Source: Oculina patagonica
Taxonomy: Eukaryota
Direction of reading: 5' to 3'
NCBI RefSeq assembly: GCF_052425735.1
Contig: NC_135766.1
Span: forward strand, 26,226,001-26,290,000
DNA: 64,000 bases
Shown: piece after piece, positions 57,936-64,000 of the stretch
Layout of the letters: every line of letters starts with the position of its first letter
How positions within the stretch are numbered: the stretch's first letter is position 1
Position numbers and translations under genes: made by a program
Notes under the pieces: generated by a model
Database searches by the model: none
What the model was told of the DNA's origin: nothing
The model's input: the letters and a program-made list of their open reading frames with translations, nothing else

Positions 57936-60900
57936 ATGAAAACACTCAGGAATCTGACTTTACAGTTCAAGCTGCTTTTTGTGGGTAGGTTTTCGTATGC
58001 TGATAATTAACATTTTCCGAATCGCTCATCGTTCAGCTGGTTGTTAAAATTAAAATGATCCTTTTCGTTCAACGTTGAAAGTTTAAAGAGCAAATGTACA
58101 GACAGTGATTTTCGATGTTCTCGTGAAAGTCAAGCAAACAGTCAACAACAACAATAACAATTACAAAAAAAGTTAAGCAAGGCCGCGAGGAAGAAGAAAT
58201 CTCAAAGAAATGATCGAAAGAACGAGCCATGATAGGAGATAAAAATTCAACACGAAAGTGTTAAATGTATTTTCAGAGGGCACAGAACATAGCTGATTTA
58301 AAAATTATTTAAATATTCCCTTAACCATTAAGATCTTAACATTAGTGAGGGGACGGTTTCACAAACATAAAAAAAAATATAGAAGCCTTCTATAATTGTT
58401 TCTGAGCCTGATTGAGCATGATTTCCTAATTATATAATTATCAAAATAAAAACTAAGACATTATTTAAATAATTACAATAATACCATACACTAAAACGAT
58501 GTTAACTATGAGTTTATTTTTGGTGTGCTCTATCTTAGTTTTGTTTTGTCTTATTAATATTGAGGAAAATTCTTCAATGATGTCACGGCTTGTCTTGTTA
58601 AATTATGTTCCCAATCTTAAATTTCAAGATTTATGTAAACAGCTTTAGGCGAATCTGCAGCGAGAGCAATTCACGATATTTCAAATTTTATGCAAAGTAC
58701 GAACGATTGAAGGCAATATTACTGTATTTAATTTCTAACTAACGAATGGTTAACACGAATTTCGGGTATTTTTCTTGTCTGCTTGTAAGTGTGAATTTTT
58801 AATTACTTAGGTGTTCAGACATCACATAATAAAAAAATAACAATAAAACTTGTGTACATGTATGTGTTTGCTAACAGTGATCAAAATTATGCAAATACTC
58901 TTATCGGAAGAAATCGGATTAATCACATATTGTGAGCCTTTAGTGTCATTCGCCAGCGGCTATTACCGTGTCTGCAGGTTATTGAGGAGGAAGCTTATTT
59001 ACTTATTTATTTAGTCAGACTGGAAGCTATGGGACGGGGCTAGATTACTCCTGGAAAACTGAACACTCAAAACAACAATTTCTTAATTAAAAAGACTATA
59101 AACAATAGCTGCAAAAAACCCCAAGAATTGTAAGTTAGCAATAATTGTTTCCATGACAACCACAAATATGCACTATGTTCTATAGGAGCACTTTGGCAAA
59201 GTTTTAAAAGACGATTGATGCTGTAAAATGTGTTCGTCATATTATTCTACATGTTTTCTTTTTAGTGTTATCAAATATTACAGCTTTCCAATCTTCCATC
59301 TTTACGGAATCGCAAGGTATGGAGGCATCTCTTTATTCTTTCTATTTAATTCTTGGTAGATTAAACAAAATGTACCGAAGGAGTTGCCAACAGCCAAGCA
59401 TTTCATTTCCTGCTGTCGTCCCTTCCATTTCTTGCCCATAGGAAGGAGCCCATCACTAGGATGGTTTCGGAAAAACAATGGACATCTGAAAACTTAATAA
59501 CCTCTTACAAGCTAGGAAGAGTAGGGGAGGGACAGGTGAAGTCAGATACTTCTGACGTTAACTTGTCACAGACCTGATTAGTGGCTGCTAGACTCGCTCC
59601 AACCTAGTTCCCAGGGTCCCTCTTCCCGCCCTCCAGAGCGAGAGACCCGTCTCTCTTCTCTCGCTCTGGGGGGGGGGGGGGGGAGAGAGAACCTAGGAAC
59701 GAGGTTGGACGACGGTCCGGCTGGCTCTGTACTGTCATTGTTTGCATACGACAACCTTTTAAAACAGCTGTTAATTTTTTCTTGTTTTTTTTTTTAACAC
59801 TCGCAATTTGTGCAGCTGGTGTTATGACTTCAAGTACGTTCACAGTGGGAGTAAATCTATCAACAGTGGACACAGGCCTCCAACCAGCAAATACCTCTGC
59901 ATCCACACTGAAATTAAGCCCATCTTTCGATGCAACAGGCTTACAACGTACAAGTCCCTTTGTGTTCACACCGAGATTAAGTCCATCATTAGGCGACACA
60001 GGCTTTCAATCTGCAACTTCCTTTTTATCCGCAATGACGTTAACCTCATCCTCACGTGCCACACGGTTCACAAGTACAGGCTCATCAAACTTTACAGGGG
60101 TAAAACTCTATCATTTCATTTCTATGCAGGCAGCTGTGGATGAAATGTGAAAAATCACGTTAAAATGTTCACGATACACAGACACTGCAGCTTTCCGAAA
60201 ACTACTTTATCATTGCTCGCCTGGCGTTTGGCGGCGAAACTTTCTTCTGAAAATAGTCTACTGACATTCCAAATTGCAAATTGCACCATTAGGGCTAAAT
60301 TCCGCGTCAACAGTGTAGAAGAGTAATAAGCTAGCCAATGCAAGACAAGAAGGAACTACTGCTAAGTCCATTACGAAATCTATAAAATTTATTAAGCTAA
60401 ATATTGTTTTATGTTCTATTTATTATTAGTATTGATGTTTTTCATTTCAGAAGAATCAACAATCTCTTTCAGCCTGTCGATGGACCGCCCTTGCCAGACA
60501 GGTAGAAATAAACTGTTCCAACTAAAAAAAACTGAATAGAAACAGTTTCATAGTTGTTATTTCAAAAAATAAGGTTACTATCTTCCTATTTCAAACTTAC
60601 AGTGTCGGGCAATTTAAGTCCGACCGCATGATCAGGGTCGTTGTACTACGTGTTCGTAAAAGAATTCGAAAGAGAATATTACGGAGCTTAAGCAATGACG
60701 ACGCCGCCGCCGAGGACAACGCCTAGTGAAAAATAAATTAATATTCCGCTCGAGAATCTCGCGATTATCCAGATGTATTCAGTGTATCTCCAAATAGTAA
60801 TTCGAAAATTTAGCCGTCGTCGTTCAGGTTCTTCAAAATACGCAGAATTTGGCCATTTCAAGAAATGTACAAGATTTATGACCCACGTACAGAGTTATTA

Positions 60901-62979
60901 TTCTGCTCATTAATCTTTTTATTTGGTGACGTTTTCGTTCACGTTGCCGTCGTAGCTTGCTTAGGCTTCCTAATGGACCAGTTTTCCAGCTACCTTTAAG
61001 GTGACTAGGCAACTAGAGTTTGTAAGACGGTAACTTCATGTGCAGGGACATGTCGCAGCGACATGTAGGAGGCGCAAAAACACAACAAGTATACACACAC
61101 AAGAAAATGTAGCGGGAATGTGCCACACATGAGAGGACGTGTCCCGCAAAATGTCCCTGTAACATTTTCTTGTGGTTGCATACGATGAGACTTTGTCCCC
61201 AGGGGCGGATCCAGATCTACAATTCAGAAAGAGGGCACCGAGGATAGTGTGGCGATGGCGCAAAGCCCCCCTTCACACTCATTTTCACACAAAACGATTG
61301 CGCCAGGATTCATGAGAAACAGGGGTAAAATGAACTCAGGAATGGCTGATTAAAATTTTATTAAGCCCCTTCAGCCCACCAAGGAAAAGGGCAACCTGAC
61401 GGAACACTAACGCCGAAGAGTCGGGGGGCGGGAGATAACCTGTGTTAGCATAACCCAGCTGCCGTCTATTGGCAAATCGCGCGATCTGATTGGCTACACA
61501 GGTGCCGTCTATTTAACAATTAGACGGCAAGCTCGAGGTTTCTACCGGCTGATAGTTCACCTCCAGGCCCAAGGATTGAAATTGATTTTCACCTTTTTTA
61601 AGTTTCTTTACATGTTAAATAAACCGTCTATTTTTTAAATCGCAGTGCCACCTAAAGTCGCCTCTGGGTTTATTCCAGGCAATACTTCGTCAACAGGTAA
61701 CTGATCAATGACAACATACGGAATATAATATTTTTTTTCAAGATATGTGATTATTCTAGTTTGTAATATCTATATTTCCACTATTATTAAAAAGTTATCT
61801 ACAGACCAGGACAAAAGAACCTTTCTTTTCGTATTCATATGATTTGTTCATGGCCCAAACTGGCGAAAGATAATACCAAAAATAGGGGGCATATATATAT
61901 AGCCTCTCAGAAGGGGGGGGGGGAGACTACATATTAAAGGGCAAGGGTGCTCATCGTCCACGCTTAGTGGTGTAAATTATGGATTTTTGGTCTCACTTAG
62001 GATGTTTCGGGCAAAACGCCAAATTTTTTAGCCGTCAAGGTCTCTTTTAGGGTTGCACATGAAGAAAGATACAAATATAAATTATATTTTTAGTGTTTTG
62101 GTATCTTTTAAGGAGTTGAGCCACGCCTTGATTGGTCTCGTTTAGGGTTCATTTTAAAATTTCCATAGCGCATCCCCGCCTCTTTCTTATCCCTTACATA
62201 CGGGAGTGCCCCACCCCGAAGGCGTGATAAGTCCCTACGGCCAAATTTAATAGATCTAGAACTTGAAGGATTAAAACAGCGGAAGACTATCGGTTCAGTC
62301 TTGGCTTGTTAATGCCGGTATCTTGCCTGTACTGATGTGACGTATTTTCTAAGGTGAACCTCTGCCTCTCCTGGCTAAGATTCTTATTCCAGTGGCTGGT
62401 GTCCTGCTCATTGTTGTCGTCATGGTAACTTGGTTCTGCTGTGTACAAAGGAAGGAAACTCGAGACTGTGACGACTTCGTTATTGAATCGACTCTGATGG
62501 TGAGTTATTGCACGCATCGGAATAACAGTGAACTATAATAAAACGCCTTCCATGAAATAAAACACGCGAAGGTTACAGTATTGTCCAGTGCGGATCCAGG
62601 GAAGAGGCCTGGGTTGCCCGGGCCCCCTCCTTATTTTTGGAAAAATACATGTTTAATTACTCCCCTCACCAAATTGTATTTTGGGTACACACACACGCAA
62701 AAGGGCCCCTACCCTTAGTTCAAGGTCTGGATCCGCCACTGTTGTCTAGCTAGGGGAGCGAAGAGATTGGGAGGATATATCATGCCGAATACATGCAGAG
62801 GACTACACAGAGAGTCTATCCACAGGGAACTCTTGGGGGGGGGGGAGCAACTACACCAGAGATTACTTAGTTCGGGACTGTGATCAGGGGAACTACTTCT
62901 TATGTGAAATGTGAATCTCTTTTCTTGATTCTGTTAGGTCAGACTTGATGTGACCGAGGATCCTGGTCTGTCCTCTTAA
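57936..62979 (+). CDS. Ser/Thr-rich mucin-like type I single-pass membrane protein, about 215 aa
   Basis: Proposed exons 57936-57984 (MKTLRNLTLQFKLLFV), 59266-59316, 59816-60073 (about 21-aa S/T repeats), 60451-60501, 61646-61696, 62354-62499 (TM ILIPVAGVLLIVVVMVTWFCC), 62938-62979. The exon 3 donor is uncertain. Confidence 0.6.
59600..59707. mobile_element. CAACCTCGTTCCCAG-family hairpin MITE
   Basis: TIR caacctagttcccagggt/acctaggaacgaggttg; a 50-bp relative lies at 9786-9835. Confidence 0.65.
60681..60972. mobile_element. MITE
   Basis: Imperfect TIRs ggagcttaagcaatgacgac / gtcgtagcttgcttaggcttcc. Confidence 0.5.
62586..62741. mobile_element. hAT-like MITE with 5-bp TSD
   Basis: CAGTG(G)CGGATCCAG...CTGGATCCGCCACTG; TSD TTGTC. 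Confidence 0.7.
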
Positions 62980-63109
62980 CCCTGATATCTGCTGTTCTTT
63001 CTCTACAAACTGGCGTAATCAAATCAAGGAGTGAACATTTTCCAAAAGGAAACTTAATAAGAATAGCACAACAATAGTTAGGACTGTGTTTAGACACTAT
63101 AAAAAGTCA

Positions 63110-63910
63110 ACAAGAAAAAAGGCATATCGTGTTGTCCAGGGGGGGGGGGGAAGCAACTTCCCATACATTCTCTTATATGAAATCTGAGCGATGCTCTCAC
63201 AACTTGCAAAGCAATCATCGGGGCGGTAGTCAGCGGATGTCTCTAAGGCGCATGAGCAGCTCCTTTCTTTGTGAACTTGCCAAAACAAACATGGGACCAG
63301 TGAGAGAGTTCGATTTTTTTTATATATGTAGTAATAAAAAAGACTTTCTAAGTTTTGACTTTAAAGCAGCGAAAATTTCTCCGAAAAGGTTCTTGGTGTA
63401 ATATGTGGTGTTTGTTATGAAATAAAACCATCACGGGAATGGTAATGAAAACGTGGCGATCGAATATTCCCGCGCTGGTCGGAGCTATTGTTCTTGCTCT
63501 ATTGTTTGAGGTTGTTTGTTGACTTGGTCTTTCTTTGTTTTACTTCGTTTACAATCCCCATGTGGGCCAGTTGAAAATCGTGGTACAAACATGTCAAACA
63601 TTTGCATTTCAGCACTGAAAAGTAGCACGGCATCACAAAATTCTGCGTTCTTAAAACTACACGACGATGACGAAATTTTCGGATTTAAACACGCGCTTTT
63701 AGATTTTTAGTTAAGAGAATAGAACCCCTTTATAATAAGTGATTCCACGACATAGCAGCTTCCATTTCGCGGGAAAAGATTGCCTGTTGCATCATCGTCC
63801 AAAAACCGCTGACTACATCGTGAATGATCGCTTTGCAAGTTGTGAGAGCATCGCTACTCGGTCCCAGACCTCGTTTCTCCCCCCCCCTGGTGTTGTCAAT
63901 ATTTTTTTCG
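63110..63910. mobile_element. Degenerate TIR element
   Basis: Inverted repeat 63187-63237 vs 63806-63857, extending outward to G/C runs; termini not resolved. Confidence 0.45.
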
Positions 63911-64000
63911 TTTCTTCTTCAAGCTTTTTGATAACACTAAAGTTACCGCCATATCGCCATATTTTTTGTCTAACATTTTAAAATCAAGTCGATTCAAAAC

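Overview
AT-rich, intron-rich animal genomic DNA, most likely a stony coral or other anthozoan (inferred from the repeat landscape and gene content). Most six-frame ORFs are spurious; the real genes are multi-exon and were rebuilt by hand from GT-AG sites with phase checks. Genes from left to right: an ankyrin-repeat exon (-); phosphatidylserine synthase PTDSS1 (-, 14 exons) head-to-head with RPL11 (+, 5 coding exons), with only 107 bp between the start codons; two tandem, uncharacterised 7-exon paralogs (-), each with an RFX X-box in its promoter; a 14-exon receptor with signal peptide, 4 SRCR domains, one TM helix and a tyrosine-kinase-fold domain lacking catalytic motifs (predicted pseudokinase); and a divergent mucin-like single-pass membrane gene whose TM exon resembles the receptor's. 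Non-coding DNA holds many nested MITEs (TA, TAA, TTAA, 5-, 7-, 9- and 10-bp TSDs), tRNA-derived SINEs, Penelope-like fragments with hammerhead ribozyme motifs, and three tiny hairpins that look like P-element excision footprints. Several T-less GC-rich stretches are probably assembly artefacts.
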